Notes: generated by a model not told the origin, from the letters alone. A stretch of DNA of 64,000 bases from Cladosporium halotolerans (GCF_011745625.1 NW_027191453.1:992001-1056000), one strand, 5' to 3'. Counted from the first letter of the stretch, positions 43,736 through 57,559 are shown. Translations and numbers: made by a program.

Positions 43736-46700
43736 CTGTTGCGCATGTGTTAGTGCCAAGCGCCATTCAAGATAGATCTCGTGCGATCTTGCGTCACACT
43801 GTCTGTGGTACTCACATTGATGGTGCGCGTGCTCCAGTATAAGACTGAGGTACAAAAGGCTGCGCTAAAGGCACTGGGCCTGGATATGAGGGGACTACAC
43901 TGCCTGTGTAATGGTTTGCTTGTTGGTAGTTGTTGTACGCCAAGGAGGAAGCCGCGGACGAAGGGCTGGTTGAGATGGACCCGGATCCCGAGTCAGTGAG
44001 ATTCTGGGTGGCCGGATAGCTGTGTCACATGAAGCGTCAGCGTACAGCTCACAACGCGTAAGTGTATGGAACACGAAGAAGTCAAGGTCGAGAAATGCGC
44101 AACATGACGGCGTGCCACCGACATTCAGCGTTCTTGAAGCTGCAGAATTGCTGGGCTTCAACAGTCAAGAGCTGGATTGCGACATGCCATGACTGGTCGT
44201 GTGATCAAGGAGGTGAGAATCAACGAAAGAAGCGCCGGAGACACATTAGCTGTGCCGGACCATCGGCGGCAGCGTCGTGAAACGTCTGCCTGACAGCGGA
44301 GCGGCTGCTGGCGTGCACGCAGGAGAAGAGACCGGGCTATCAGGCCATGCTGCATAATGCGAAGGATGCCTTGTGGGGCGACCCATCTCGCTCAGCAGCA
44401 AATCAAAATGATAGAGTATCAAACGCTAGAAAGCCATGGCAGGTAAGAACCAATGTTTGTCTACGTACCTTCTGCCATCTGGCGCTACGTTTCGACTGGG
44501 GACGTAGCGAGGTCCGGCTGTGTTGCCAGAGGTTGCGTAGGCGAACGCTCCGGTAGACTGTTGTACGAGAGAAATGTCCCGTCGCAGCGGCTCGACCGAG
44601 CCGTTAGTGGTGTAGGATGAATGATGTGCATGTCCCGGGAATTGATCGAGAGCATCCGGATTGGACGACAGGGAGTAGTCGTTGTGCAGCGGCAGCTGCT
44701 GCTGAAGGAGCGTGCCTACATCGATACGTCAGCATTGAGCCACGAACCGCTGCAGGCAATTAGATGCACGGCGAGAATGACGCGGCGGGCTCGGGCCATG
44801 CAGAGGCTGTCTTCGCGATGGAACGATGGTGCACGTGAGACGAAACCCGGGTGCCCAACGTCACACCACATGCAAAGCCAGAAGGTTTGTCGGTAAAGTG
44901 GTACGAAGCAACAAGAGTAGAAACGAAAAGGGCCGTTTCACGCGTCGTGGCGGGGCAGCCCGTAATGACCGGTCGATGAGCGAAGAAGAGATGGCCGGGG
45001 CAGAGGAGCGAGCTAGGGGGGGCTGAGGGCTGGAGGAAGGGGATTGGACGTTTCGCGCGAGACTTGTAGGGACTTGGGCAAGGCGTGCTGCAGGTGGGAA
45101 CATGGGTCTCTGGATCGGGCTGAGCTCACCTGGTTCCATTGTCAAGGCCGAGCCCATGTATATGCGTCGTATCGCGCGCTCGTTGTCGACTCCTAAGCAG
45201 GACAGAATCGAATTGGCATCGATCGCCTTGTTCGAATAATCACCTCAGGGCCGATCTGTGCAGGCGGGAAGGCGTCTTCAGGCGGATTTGCAACGATGCG
45301 ATGGCGACTATGCCTGATGTCGTCGGCTTGGCGCGAATGGTTTCAGGCTCTCAGGCTCTCGGCTGCTGACGGGCCGCGTGCAAGTCGACAAGCGCGCGAC
45401 GAGCTAAAATGCGCGATGCTTTCGGGTGCGGAGAGGGCGCAGCGAAACAGCTGGGGGCGGCTGCGGCCCTGTTCGAGTGCGCGCGAGGCGAAGCGCTCTC
45501 AATCGCACTTTAACTCCACGCCTGGCGGCTATGCCGATGCTTCTTCCGACGTCTCCAGCTGCGTGTCTTGCAGCGTTCCCGCCTATCTGCGAGCAAATCA
45601 TTAGCAAGCCGTGCATACAGATCCTCGCCCATGCCTGCGCCTAGAAACGCCTTTCTCTGGGGAGCTGGGGCACGCTAATGCCGGGGAGTAGCAGGTGAAG
45701 GCCGCGAACAATCTCGACAGGTCGATTGTTGTGCAAGATGTCCTCTTTGAGTGGTGCTGATGCCGACATCCGGGGGTCGATGCGCGCACCGCGCCGGTCA
45801 CCTTACAGTCGTTGGAGCCGCCGCGAAGCAACTTTGAGAGACGTAAATGCTCTAGACATACCTATTCTGCACGCAAAACTCAAGGTTCGTAGGTCCAGAA
45901 AATGCCCAGGGCGTAGATCTGGATCAGTCTCGAGTGATTTTGGCTTTCGTGGATTGGGTGTAGATCGCTTGTTCTGATGGAAATGCGGTGCGATGCGTTG
46001 AATGAAGGGTGTTCAGGTAGATGAACGCTGTTCGCGAATGCAGAATCGATGCAAGAGCGTTCGACTTAAATACTTGGGGCCAGCAGACACGCTCGTCTCT
46101 TCGAACCTGAGCGTTGTCAGCGTCTCTGTCGCGCGCAATTGAAGTCAACATCGCAGTCAGCGGTAGCGTACCTTGCGTCAAACGTCAATCCAACAAAGAA
46201 GCCTCGACTCGACCTTCCGTCATATGTGACAAGCAAGCGAAACTTTCGGACAGACAATGCCGGGAGACAGGAGGTTAAAGTTTCCAGCATTCAGATTGAG
46301 AACTCAACCGCAGGAGTCCGTGATTTGCTTGAAAGAGATGGAAGATATTCCGTGACGACGGCGACCATAAGGCGGTGGGGAACGGAACCACACGCTGATA
46401 AAGGCGAGTAGGGGTATGCCGGCCTCCTGCGAGGTAGCAAGGCTGTTAGGTCAAGATCAAAGAAGCCCGCGACCCAGGTGGGCGTGATTCCCCGGCGATG
46501 CAAGATGATAGGCAACACGCTGTGGCCTACAGCCTCCGTCATAGACGCAACAAAGCAGAGACCAGCCTTGGCCGGCGCATCGACTCGAACGAAGACCGCT
46601 CTAAACCCAACACTCGCAAGCGTTCTGCAGCAGCGGTTACCGACCGTTTGGTTCAAGATGGGGCGTGGCATCAGGTCATCAGCCTCACAGCAGCAGGGCA

Positions 46701-49700
46701 GCAGCAACGATCGTATTCTCGAATCCCCTGCCCCCGGTCTGCGCTGCGGCCCTGGCCTCTGGCAGCGCTCAGGCCACGCTCCATGCGTGTGTCTGTCTGA
46801 CTAGCGCGGCAGGTTACAGTGGGAAGCTGCATCTGCTTCGCGCCCTCCTCGGCCGACAGAGGCGGTCGATCAGCTCGCTGTCGCGAGGCTCTGAGTCGTT
46901 CGCTGAGATGCGAGGGGTGCGCGGGGATGTGAGATCCGGTCAGTCGGAATTAAGCGACTCACCTCAGTCCGTCGCTGCCCTCCTTGCTGCTCCAGTAGCA
47001 ACATGAGCCTTCACAGCCGGGCAACTGGGCAAGTCCTCAAGTCATGCTCCGACGGCATCGTGCTAGCGATTAGCCGCATACAATCGCTCATGATCTCGGG
47101 AGAAGCCCAGGCCTTCGTCACTCCACTGGTCTCTCTCGTCCCCCAAAGAAACGGTCTGTATGATCAACCACCAGGATGCAACAGCGTTGAGGGAGTCGAG
47201 CCAACCATCGCGCTGCCCTGGTGCCTCCCCCGGGCGGGCCGCCATCCGGATGCGACTCCATGCAGGTGTACTCGCATGCAACACGTTAGTGCACCGGTGT
47301 GTGGAGGCCGTTTGGGAGGCGGAGGGAGGCTTTTGCCTGGTTAGTGCGTCTGCTACGCTGACGTCCCGGCAATCTGGGAGCGAGACAGATCACAAAAGGC
47401 ACTTCGCGCCGCAGCTTCTGTTTATCATGCGAGTACCTGTATTGGAAAGCCTGAGCGGGCCGTGGCTTTGCCGCTGAGGCGGTCACGCGAAGGCACATGC
47501 CCTCTCACTATTGCGTCGGGGTGTTTCCCTCGAGTACCCGCTTAGTCTTGTGCGCGATGCCGTGTGGTGTGGTCGAAGGATTTCGCGCGTATCAAGCCAC
47601 ATCATGCAGAAAATCTGGGGCTGCAGATCATCAGCAGGTCGCAGCAGGGGCCCATGTCGCTTCCGCGGTGCCATAGCTTCTTCCAACGAGTGGGCGAGGA
47701 GAGATGCGGAAGCCAGTCCAGATTGCACTCCCCGGCGACGCGATGGCAGCCGCCGCATGTTTCAGCAGTGCCTACCGCATCTGAACGTAATATTGCCTCC
47801 CGCATGTGGCTTGCGGGCTGCAAGCCCACCACATCGCGGCGCGCAGCAACCCCTTGCATTCGACCAGGAGAGCCCGGAAACCCCCACGTCAGCCTGGGTT
47901 GGCGCAGACGAGTAGTCCGTAGACCACAGAGCGCTGCGGACGCGGCCACTCGCGCGCGGATGATCAAGTGAGGTTGGCTATTTCGGGCGCTAGCGACGGC
48001 GATGCGCGTCCGCCCGCTTTCTTGGCCTCGCCGCCCTCCGTCGAGTCGACGACGATTGACGTCCGCAGGGAGGTCGTCGCCATCCGCTGTATCGAACGTC
48101 TCCCACAGCTCCAACCCGCCATGGCCCGCACTGAGGCTTACGCAGCCGCATTCCACGGCTATTCGCGATGATGCATATATTTAGGCCGGCCGCGAGATGC
48201 AGCTGCAAACAAAGAGGGTGGCCGGTTCCGCGTCGAGTCTGCCAACTCTGACCTTCCGTTCCGTCCGATATGCTGACCATTGGGGACTTCGATGGCGGCC
48301 TTCGATTGCTCAGCCATCACGGTGCCTTCCCCGGACAAAGAAGGAAGCCGGGCAGCATCGTCGCGGGCACCGGCATCCCGCGCTGTCTCCAGTCCGCCCC
48401 CAGTCTTCCCCCGATCCCTCCCCAATCCTCTCCTCCCGTCTTCACGCCCGCGGCCCACCAGGTGTGGTGGACCAGACATGCGCAGCCCCACGCTCAGTCT
48501 GCAGACGGCTCCGCCACCAAGCGTCTTTTGGACGAGCGACCGATCTGCCGACACCTGTCTTATTTGCCTCCCCAGGCGCATCCAGTCGCTTCTCGAAGCC
48601 GCCTCGTCGCCCAGGGGATGGGTGCGGACACCTGCATATCGGTTTCGCTGTCACGTCAGATCCCAGCCTCACCGCTTGTTTGTGTACCCACGCTTGGGCC
48701 TTCCATTGCACCATACACGCAGTCGGGGATTATGCAGCGCTGCTTGAGATGCGCGCGTGGTCAACTCCCTACGCCCTCCTGTTCATTGCCACTTGGCTGC
48801 ACGTGTGAAGACATCCCACGGACGTGTGGGCTGGCCGCCCTATCCACAGCCTTTCTCCATATACACGGCTCAAGTACCTGCTCAAAAGCACTTTCCGACC
48901 TCCGCATACGCAGACAATGGATGGATCACGCCTCTCGCTGGCCGGACTTTACGGGTAGCGACAGGAGTGAGCATTCCACCCAGCAGCTATTTCCAAGTCA
49001 GCTTTTCGCTGCTTGTGACTGTTCGCGGATCGCCTGAACCGGCATGCCCTCCTTCACGCGCCACGTCGGCGGTTTTTCCGGTCAATTCATCGAAATTGAG
49101 GCTTTATGAAGCGACGACCGCGTGGAACAGCACGCCCAAACAATCTTGAAGTAAAGCGCGAGCGATGACCAGTCACCGTGTGACTAGCTTGCGCAATCAA
49201 TCATCCTGTGCGGCCGGAGCCTGTGACATCTGACAGCAGGGCAAGCATTCCGCTCTCCAGCGAGACCGGCTCACTCAAAACTCGGCGACGGGTTGGTGCT
49301 GATATCCGCAGGCGCATTTTCACATGCTCACGAACCCACAGCATCGCGTGGTTTTGTTTGGTCAACTGGGTACGTGGTTTCTTGTGGGCATGCATTTCTC
49401 ATTATCGAGATGCCGTGGTGTTGAGCTGCACACACCCCATCACGATCTCCGTCGGTGCGACGTGCGCTGTGCCACTCACATGAAGCAGGAACTCGATGAT
49501 GCCGCAAACCTACCAGACAAAGGCTGCGAACTTCATTCCACAGCACACGTGCCGGCATTCTGTCGCACGTTCTCGATCTTTCATGCCATCGGCGTGGTGT
49601 CGCGAACCCCTGGCCGATGCGGTCGTCTGGTATTGCTTGCTACGCCTTCTCAGCAACGTAGGATGACTTGGACTCTGGCCCGCTTTTGCAAGCCCAATGG

Positions 49701-50676
49701 TTGCATCGAAGGCTCCGGCTGACACTTGCGAAGCAAATCGCCGATAATGCTGCTCCAGCTCAGAGTTTTTCTGCCGTCACCCGTCGACCTTGTGAACTGT
49801 AGCGGTCCGCGCAAACTCGGCGAACGTGCTCCCGTGCAGACTGAGAAGCATATGCGCGGCACGCTGCAACCCTGCCATCGCCACTTCAGCCCACATGTCC
49901 GGTTCGGAACCGTGTACACAACATCTCCCTGGCAAAGCCGCACCGAGCACGCCACCACACGCACCGATGCCTGGCGACCCTGCACACAAGGTCGCAGGGC
50001 TTCGTCTGACGCAAGAAATTCCCCGTCACGCTCGTTAGCGTGCCATCAAGCCGATCAGTAACACTCGAGGTTTTCTCCCCGGGGCACGTCTTTCACCAAA
50101 GCAGCCTCTCCTGAAACATACGGCCCAGCCCCTAAAAATATTGCATACCCGCGTAGACCTGTCGTGCGAGCGAGCCCGCATGATGATGCGGCGATCCATC
50201 TTCGACTCCGCCGCTCCAGGTCACGGCTCAGCTTACGTGGCGTCAGTAGCGGTGGTGAGGAGGGGCCAAGTCGATTCTAGTCAGGTGCCTTGATCTCCCG
50301 CTCGTGTAGCTTGAGCAGAAAAAGGCCCGACTGGTGCGGTAGTGAGTGTGCACGTCTTTGCTCGGGCCGAGGATGGCACGCTGGCGCGAGGCAGCCAAGT
50401 TGTGCGCGCGACTGCGTCGGCAGGCACTCCGTTGGTGGCCGCGTGGTGAGAATTTGGGGGCTGTGACTCGAAGTCGCGATCGGTAGCTTACCGATGAGCT
50501 GACCACGCACGCAAGTGAGCAGTCCACATGGTCTCTGGTATCTCGTGACGTCTGTCTGATACTTGGTAGACTGCCTCAGGTAGATTGAGCATGTCTTTCG
50601 TGCATTTGATCATTATCGTGCAAGGATACTTAGCTGACTTGCATCTGACAGTCAGTTGTAAGAAAGATTCACCATC

Positions 50677-51651
50677 CTAGCTCATATCGTAAGGCAACTC
50701 TCCCAGTTTCTCCCGCAAGATACCCTCAGTCAATCTCCAGCACCGCTCCTGCAACTCCTCGTCCTTCGCCTGCTTACTGATCTCCGTCACTTTCCTGTCC
50801 GGCACAATGTACCCTCCATCGATCTTGTCTTTCTCAACATCAAGACTGGTGGCGGCAAACAACGCAGACCGACACCCCTCATCCACAGGGTCCTTCATGA
50901 ACGGCCTGACAGCCTTCACCCCCAATTTCCCTACCTTTCCATAAGCATCCACCGCCTGCTCCGGCTGATCGGTATTCACACCGCCCGGGTGCGTAGCATT
51001 CACAAACGGCGGCCCTCCGGCGCCCTCAAACCCCAACAGCCCCTTCTCCTTCCTCCGCGCAATTGCCCGCACGAGCAAAATTTGCGCCAGCTTCGTTCGC
51101 GCGTACAGTTTCATAGGCCCGATCGCGCTGTTGATCTCCGCCAGGTCGCGGAACTCGATGCCCTCGGTGCCCAGGCGGTGGAACTCGCTGCTCATCAGCA
51201 CGAGGCGCGAGCCCGGCGTGCGCTGCAGCGCGGGCAGCAGGAGCATGGCCAGGTGGTGCTGCGCGAAGACGTTGACCTGCATGTGCGAGTCGAGCCCGTC
51301 GAGCGTCTCGGAGTAGTCGCCTACGCCGAGGCCGGCATTGCAGACGAGCCCGTCGAGGGTCGTGAGGGTGCCGGCGAGGTCGCGGGCGACGCGGTCGGTT
51401 TGGTGCAGGTCTTCGAGGTCGATTTGGATGGGGTGCAATTTGGAGGTGTCGCCGTATTTGGCGAGGTTTTCTTGCGCTTCGGATAGGTGCTCTTCTTTTT
51501 TGCCGAGGAGGTAGAGTTTGGAGGGATTGTGTTGGAGGATGTGCGCGCAGATACCGTAGCCTATGCCTGCGCTGCCTCCGGTGACGATGTAGGTCTTGCC
51601 CGTGAGGTCGGGAATGTCCTTATTAGGATCGAATGTGTTGTTGCCGAACAT
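50677..51651 (-). CDS. Short-chain dehydrogenase/reductase (retinol-dehydrogenase/WWOX-like)
   Basis: TGGSAGIG, CNAG, MSS, catalytic YARTK and HPGGVNT. Intronless, 324 aa. Confidence 0.92.
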   Translation of the reverse strand: MFGNNTFDPNKDIPDLTGKTYIVTGGSAGIGYGICAHILQHNPSKLYLLGKKEEHLSEAQENLAKYGDTSKLHPIQIDLEDLHQTDRVARDLAGTLTTLDGLVCNAGLGVGDYSETLDGLDSHMQVNVFAQHHLAMLLLPALQRTPGSRLVLMSSEFHRLGTEGIEFRDLAEINSAIGPMKLYARTKLAQILLVRAIARRKEKGLLGFEGAGGPPFVNATHPGGVNTDQPEQAVDAYGKVGKLGVKAVRPFMKDPVDEGCRSALFAATSLDVEKDKIDGGYIVPDRKVTEISKQAKDEELQERCWRLTEGILREKLGELPYDMS

Positions 51652-52170
51652 CTTGAAGAATCGATTGATAGGAACAGGAACACTGTTGAGCGGGAGCTGT
51701 GTAGACAGAGCTAGCTGAGACAGACTGCTGTATTGATGAAAAGACCAAAGCTCTCCATGATACCTCCAGAAGCGATGACACCTCGATGATACATCTGTTT
51801 ATTGCCAATGCGATGCGACCATCCTGACGTCAAGACAAACATTTCATGTGAATGGAGTGGCGATCATTCGCGAACACATTCGTGCGAGCCTAGAGATAGG
51901 CACGAAGATTGATCAAAGATGGGACTTTGCTGCGATCGCAATGAACATTTAAGAAGCACCCCTACATTCACTTACTACATACTTTTTGCTTCCAGAGATG
52001 AGTGATGTTATTATTGCACTGTTGTCGTCGTTGACGATCACCTCAGACCAGGCACGGGCCGACGGGGACCCTTGCAATGACGCCCCGCAGCCGAAGTGCA
52101 TCACTCGTCGCCGCGTTGGCGAAGTCGGCCGATTCCTCGAAAACATCTTAGCGAGCAACGCAAGGACAAC

Positions 52171-53121
52171 ATGGCCAAGGCAAATTGGGACGACAGCTGG
52201 GCTGTTTGGGCCTTCTCGCCTAGCATATCTGCCATTGTCGTCACCCTGCTTGTCAGCTTGTCTCTCCCAATTCTGCTTCACTACTACCTATACCGGAAAT
52301 CTGTACCCAAACAGCTCCCTACAATCCTTCTCCTCGGGCCTAGTGGAGGAGGAAAGACCTCGCTATTGACTTCGGTATGTGAGCGCCCAGTCAATTTTCG
52401 AGCCGAATGATCGCGTAGCAGCTAACACGGCACCCAGTTCTCCAACGGCGAGCCCTCTGTGACACACACCAGCCAAGCACCCCAAACCGCCCTCTGCCAG
52501 CTCCCGACGGGCTATAACTCCTACGAAGATCGCTTCCGCAGCGAGAACGACAACGCGCCGCGCAACCGGCCGAAATTCCTCATCCTCGACACCCCCGGCC
52601 ACGGCAAACTGCGGCATCATGCCGTTAACGCGCTCAAGACCTCGACGGCGCTGAAAGGCCTGGTCTTCGTTGTCGACAGCGCTGCTGTCAGCTCTGCGGC
52701 GGGGCTGACGGAGGCTGCGGAGTACCTGCACGACGTGCTGTTGCTGCTGCAGAAGAAGCACACGCAGGGCAAGACATCGAAGACTGAGGCGACGTCCGTG
52801 CTGGTCGCGGCGAACAAGCAGGATGTGTTCACTTCGCTTCCGGCGGGGATCTTGAAGACTCGGCTGGAAGAGGAGATTGCGAAAGTGCGGACAACGAGGA
52901 GCAAGGGTTTGATGGACAGTGGAGTCGGAATGGAGGACGATGCGGGCGGAGTGGACGAGGAGCAGAATTGGCTAGGAGAGTATGGGTCTAGCCGGTTTGA
53001 CTTTGCGCAGATGGAAGAGCATGGTATTGAGGTTAGGATTGCTGGTGGAAACGTGAAGGGTGATGGCGCGCAGAAGGGCGATGTGAGGGAATGGTGGGTT
53101 TGGGTTGGGGATAACTTGTAA
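52171..53121 (+). CDS. SRP102: Signal recognition particle receptor beta subunit
   Basis: N-terminal TM, P-loop GPSGGGKT, THTSQ, DTPGHGKLR, VFVVDS and AANKQD. Intron 52375-52437. Confidence 0.92.
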
Positions 53122-53406
53122 TTAATTGCACGGCAACATTTTCCCCTCTTGCCGTTTCAATCCTAGTCGGCGAACATCGACGACGATATCAGGACACCTG
53201 TTGGATGCGTCGCGTATGTTGGAACACTCAATGCTCTGTAAGTGATATGAGAGTGCTAGCGATATCTGATGTTAACCTGGTACCAAGTTCTAGAACGATA
53301 ACCATTTTCAATTTAATTTTGGCTATGGACAGGTTGCGAGAAGCACTATACATTCTGTGGGAGCGGATCTGACAAAAAAATTGCACTCCAATATCGGATA
53401 GTGAGA

Positions 53407-55156
53407 TCAAGCGTGCGTCTTCTGGATATGATCAACAGCCTCCAGCACTGTAATAAAGTCAGCTCTATTATCCTCAAAAAGCGAACGAACAAATACTAAC
53501 AGTAACCCACGAACACCTTTGGGTTCTCCGTGGCCGGGAAGTGGCCCACACCTTTCATAGCCTGGTGCTTTCCGCCAGGGATCTTGTCGCAGGTCGCCTG
53601 GCCCATCTCCGGGGTGTTGCTCCAGTCATACTCGCCAGTAAGCATATAAACAGGGCATTTCTTGGTGTCGATACTAGACATTCGTGATCTTCCGTCCCAT
53701 CCACCGAAGTACATGTCCAAATCTCCGTGGAAGATGCCGTAGGCTTGCGCGGAATACAAATGCCAAACGAGCTGGCGGTTTACGAGTGGAGCAGTTGGGG
53801 ACATCATCTAGAATATATAAGCGGAGTCCAACCTTGATGTGAGGTGTGGCTCGAGGTGTGAACGTGAGGCTTACTCCGTAAATCCACTCAGGGTTGAATA
53901 GTGATTGGTTGTGGTGTGGCGTCTGATCGTACCACTGCCTCTTCATGTCGAGGAAGTCACTCCCCTGCAGTGGGATGGTACCGATGCAGCCAACCTCGTC
54001 TGCACGGATGGCGCAGGCCAGCGAGATTTGGCCCGCCATCGAGGCACCGCAGACGATAGGGTTCTTCAGTCCGAGCTTTTTGATCATCGCAGCAATGCAA
54101 CCAACATAGGCATCTTCGTTATTGGTGTGACTGCCTGGGTTGTGGCCTTCGTACTAAGGCAAAGAATCAGTCTCTAGACCGATATCAATCCCTACTGCAC
54201 TTACAGGGAACGATCTTCCATGAGCCGGTAGATCAAACGCCGTCATGTGCAACTTCTGACGAGCACGAGGATCGTTCATGACACTTGACGAATTAGCATA
54301 GGGTTCAAGTGGAGATTGGACCAGAAAGCTTACCCGTGATATTGACGGCTGTCACTTCCGGCAGTATGGAGGAAAATAATCTCCTGGTTGCCTTCTCCAG
54401 ACTGCTCATAGAAGACCTTGCACTTGCCCCACATTGGCGATTTGACGTAGACATAGCGGCCGACGATGCAGTCGTCCTCAGGCTCATCTTGCTGTTCTTC
54501 TGGTGTCGGTCCAGCGAAAGAATCGTGCAACAACTCCAGGACGCGGCGCCAGACGTGTGTCCAGCGGGCGAAGGCGTCCTACGAATGGTATTAGCTGCAA
54601 AAGTTCAGAAAAGGTAAGGATTCTCTCAGCGCACGTGATTTCCTTGGACTTCAATGCCCTCTTGCTTAATGTTCATACCAAACATCTGTTTGACATCCGG
54701 GTCAGCCATCCTGTTCTCCCATCTTCGGATAGACAATCGTCTTACACCCCTGCGATGTCAGATTAGCCTAGGTTCTACCACAATTTCGAGTTTTACTTAC
54801 CAGTAGCTCTGGTATGGCATGACGGGGGTTTGCTTGAAAAACTCCTGCCATTGTTCGGGCAGCGCAGAAAGCGTGAACTCGGCGTCAGATGCGCTTCCAG
54901 TCCGGATGTTGATCTTGCCCTTGGCAACGGTAGTCAAGATAGTGTTGTTGCTGCCGGCACCCTTGATACCAAAGGTCGACTGATCCGTGATCGCATCGCT
55001 GTTGACGAAAGCCGACAGTTGCTTGTCACTTTGGGCAGCCTTGTTGGCCTTCTCAATGGCTCCTGAGAGCTGAGAGGGCAGGTCCGCCCATGGGTGGTTG
55101 CTGGAAGAGTCGGTCATGGCTCCGTCTGAGGTCTTCTGACGTTTTGGGCGAGGCAT
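53407..55156 (-). CDS. Alpha/beta-fold hydrolase with an N-terminal SCP2-like extension, ~453 aa, 8 exons
   Basis: FLHTAGSDSRQY, FDLPAHGRS, nucleophile elbow GASMAG, TGEYD and GHFPATENP. Exons are 54801-55156, 54746-54749, 54635-54685, 54334-54578, 54205-54283, 53875-54153, 53501-53807 and 53407-53447. The SCP2-like call is inference. Confidence 0.85.
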
Positions 55157-55823
55157 CTTTCAAGAAAGGCGGGTTCAATGCTTCACTTATAGAGCTCTGC
55201 TGATCTCGATAGGCAATTGGTACCTTGGAGCAGGTGACTGAGGGGCGCGGGTGGAGAGGGGAAACCGCAAGAGCTCAAACCCGGCCATTGGTGTCTTTTT
55301 GTACCTACCGTCATTTACACTTCGGATCTTCCCTGATCTGTCGAACAATGCGTGTGCAATGGGGTATACTTGGAGCTGTAGGCTCAGTCGCCAGAGCTTG
55401 GCCCACCTGAGGCAGGTCAAATGCGGGGGAGGTGTTGCTCAGGGCTTCGCTATACAGATCCACGACCGTCGGCGGGGGGGCGAATCACGGCAACACGGAA
55501 ATGGCTGTCTGGGCGAGAACTTCGATCGACCGACTCCGTGGAGCAGCAAGTTGCACTTGTTATTCCCGGGAATCGGGGCAGTTCGATGAAGTCCAAAGCT
55601 GACAACGTCCTTCACGTCATGTGGGGAATTCGGTGCCCCGCACGACAACATGCTCGGTTGTATGAGAGGGCCTGGAACTCGGCTATTGATTGAGCATAGC
55701 AATACCGTCGTAAGAGCCAGCTTCTCTCAGTTGGCCGCTAGAAAGATTGCACACAACCAAAGTACCGTCACACTGGCGAGAGCAACGAAACGCAGGAAAA
55801 CGACTGACACTACAACCACCACG

Positions 55824-57559
55824 ATGGCTCCCAACTTACCACTCAAGGTATGTGATGTGTTTCAATTAGCTGCTCGAAATTTGCCTCAACTTGTCACTAA
55901 ACACGATTATAGCTCAACAACCCCGACTTGTTCAAAGACAAGTCCTATGTTGGCGGCGACTGGGTCGAGGCTAAGTCCGGCAAACGCTTTGATGTCTACG
56001 GTATGTATATATCCATATCACACATAAAAGTTGTTCACTAACAACATCAGACCCTGGCAATGGCAAGGTCTGGGCAACAGCACCAGACAACGTCGCTGAA
56101 GACACCGACGCGGCTGTGAAGGCAGCACACGAAGCATTCCAGACGTTCCGCAAAGTCAACCCACGCACCCGCGCTCAATGCCTGCTGAAATGGGACGCAT
56201 TGATCCGTGAGAACCGCGATGATCTCGCCAACATCGTCACCTACGAGACTGGAAAGCCTCTTTTTGAGGCCCAGGGCGAGCTCGACTATGCCCTCGGTTT
56301 CACTTGGTGGTTTGCGGGCGAGGCCGAGCGCGTGCAGGGAACCGTACAGACGCCGGCCGCACCCAACAGGCGAGTCTTCACTGTCAAGCAGCCTATCGGT
56401 GTTGCTGTTGCACTTGTTCCCTGGAATTTTCCTATCGCCATGATCTTGCGCAAGGCTGGTGCGGCACTGGCGGCGGGCTGCACCATGATCGTCAAGCCCT
56501 CGCCCGAGACACCCTTCTCTGTACTCGCTCTCGCGCACCTGGCCGAGAAAGCCGGCTTCGCGAAGGGCGTCTTCAGCGTTCTCACGACAAGCCTGGACAA
56601 CACTCCCGGTCTCAGCGAAGCCCTCTGCCGCCACCCACTCGTGAAGAAGGTCACCTTCACCGGCAGCACGCGCGTAGGCAAGCTGGTGGCGAAGATCTGC
56701 TCCGACGGCCTGAAGAAGTGCACGCTGGAGCTGGGCGGCAACTGCCCGTTCCTGGTCTTCGACGATGCCGACCTCGATCAGGCCGCCACGCAGCTCATGG
56801 CGCTTAAGTGGCGGCACGCCGGCCAGGCTTGTATCACCGCCAACCGCGTGTACGTGCAGAAGGGCGTGTACGACAAGTTTGCAGAAATCCTCGCGCAAAA
56901 GACGAAGGAGCTTGTCGTCGGCCACGGCGGCGACTCGAAGACAACTATGGGCCCTGTGACGACGGAGCGTAGTCTTGACAAGGCGCTCGCGCAGGTCGAG
57001 GACGCGAAGAAGCATGGTGGCAAGCTTGTACTTGGTGGCAACAAGCTGCAAGGTTCCAAGGGCTACGATGGCTACTTCTTCGAGCCGACGATCATCACTG
57101 GTGCTAACGACCAGATGCTGATCGCCAGGGAGGAGACCTTCGCTCCTGTGATGGCACTGTTCCCCTTCGACACGGAAGAGGAAGCCGTACGAATGGCTAA
57201 CGACACCAGCATGGGTCTTGCGAGCTGTAAGCCGATTGCAAACCGCTACAAGTGAGGGTATGAAGGAAATACTGACCGAATGACAGACTACTTCACAAAG
57301 AACATCGACCGCACCTGGCGACTGCTCGAAAACCTCGAAGCTGGCATGATCGGCATGAACACAGGCAACGCATCGGCGGCTGAGTCGCCCTTCGGAGGTA
57401 TCAAGGAGTCTGGCTACGGCAAGGAATCTGGCAAGGACGTGGCTGTTGCTGAGTATATGGTGAGTTTCACCCTGTCGCAAATGTGCGGGTCTTCTTTTGC
57501 TAACGAATCTTGCGCAGATTACCAAGACTGGCACCCTCACACTGGCGGATCACTACTGA
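55824..57559 (+). CDS. UGA2: Succinate-semialdehyde dehydrogenase (ALDH5/GabD-like)
   Basis: PWNFPIAMILRKAGAALAAGC, FTGSTRVG, LELGGNCP, AGQACITANR, EETFAPV and PFGGIKESGYGKE. Introns at 55848-55912, 56001-56050, 57227-57286 and 57460-57517. Confidence 0.9.
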
